A stretch of 64,000 bases of DNA from Octopus vulgaris (taxonomy: Eukaryota). The notes under the pieces are model-generated. The model saw nothing but the letters and a program-made list of their open reading frames with translations. It did not search any database and was not told the DNA's origin. Positions within the stretch are counted from its first letter, which is position 1. Each line of letters opens with the position of its first letter. Location of the stretch: contig OX597814.1 of assembly GCA_951406725.2 (NCBI GenBank), positions 217,062,001-217,126,000 on the forward strand, in the 5' to 3' direction. A program made the position numbers and the translations under genes. Below are positions 63,853 to 64,000 of this stretch, piece by piece.

Positions 63853-64000
63853 CATAAACGGAAAATATAGGATTCAGAATAGATATAGTTTGTATAAGAT
63901 TTAATTTTTAACATTTTCGGGAGTGGTCGGGTATAAAATCTTTCAGTGTTGATTGAGTTGAAGGTGGTTCTGTCTCTATACAAATATATATGCATAAATA

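Overview
AT-rich, repeat-dense eukaryotic DNA. The SINE families and the (TA)n/(CA)n/(TACA)n load strongly suggest an octopus or other cephalopod genome. I found no intact host protein-coding gene; nearly all listed ORFs are microsatellite or SINE artefacts. Recognisable content: (1) three decayed RTE-type LINEs and a decayed L1/Tx1-like ORF1; (2) a DD36E Tc1-like element, an internally deleted piggyBac, and MITEs of piggyBac, mariner, Tc2/pogo and hAT type; (3) at least five modular SINE families (my own labels A-E). The most interesting signal is six sequence-distinct, short non-coding cassettes inserted in or beside (TA)n-type tracts. Each carries a type I hammerhead-ribozyme motif, and three form inverted repeats, including a 250-bp-arm palindrome with a hammerhead on each strand. 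They resemble Penelope pseudo-LTR or retrozyme-like elements. There is also a strong minus-strand branchpoint/polypyrimidine/CAG|GTGAGT site (candidate recursive splice site) and several candidate minus-strand non-coding exons. All calls were made by eye, and boundaries of decayed repeats are approximate.
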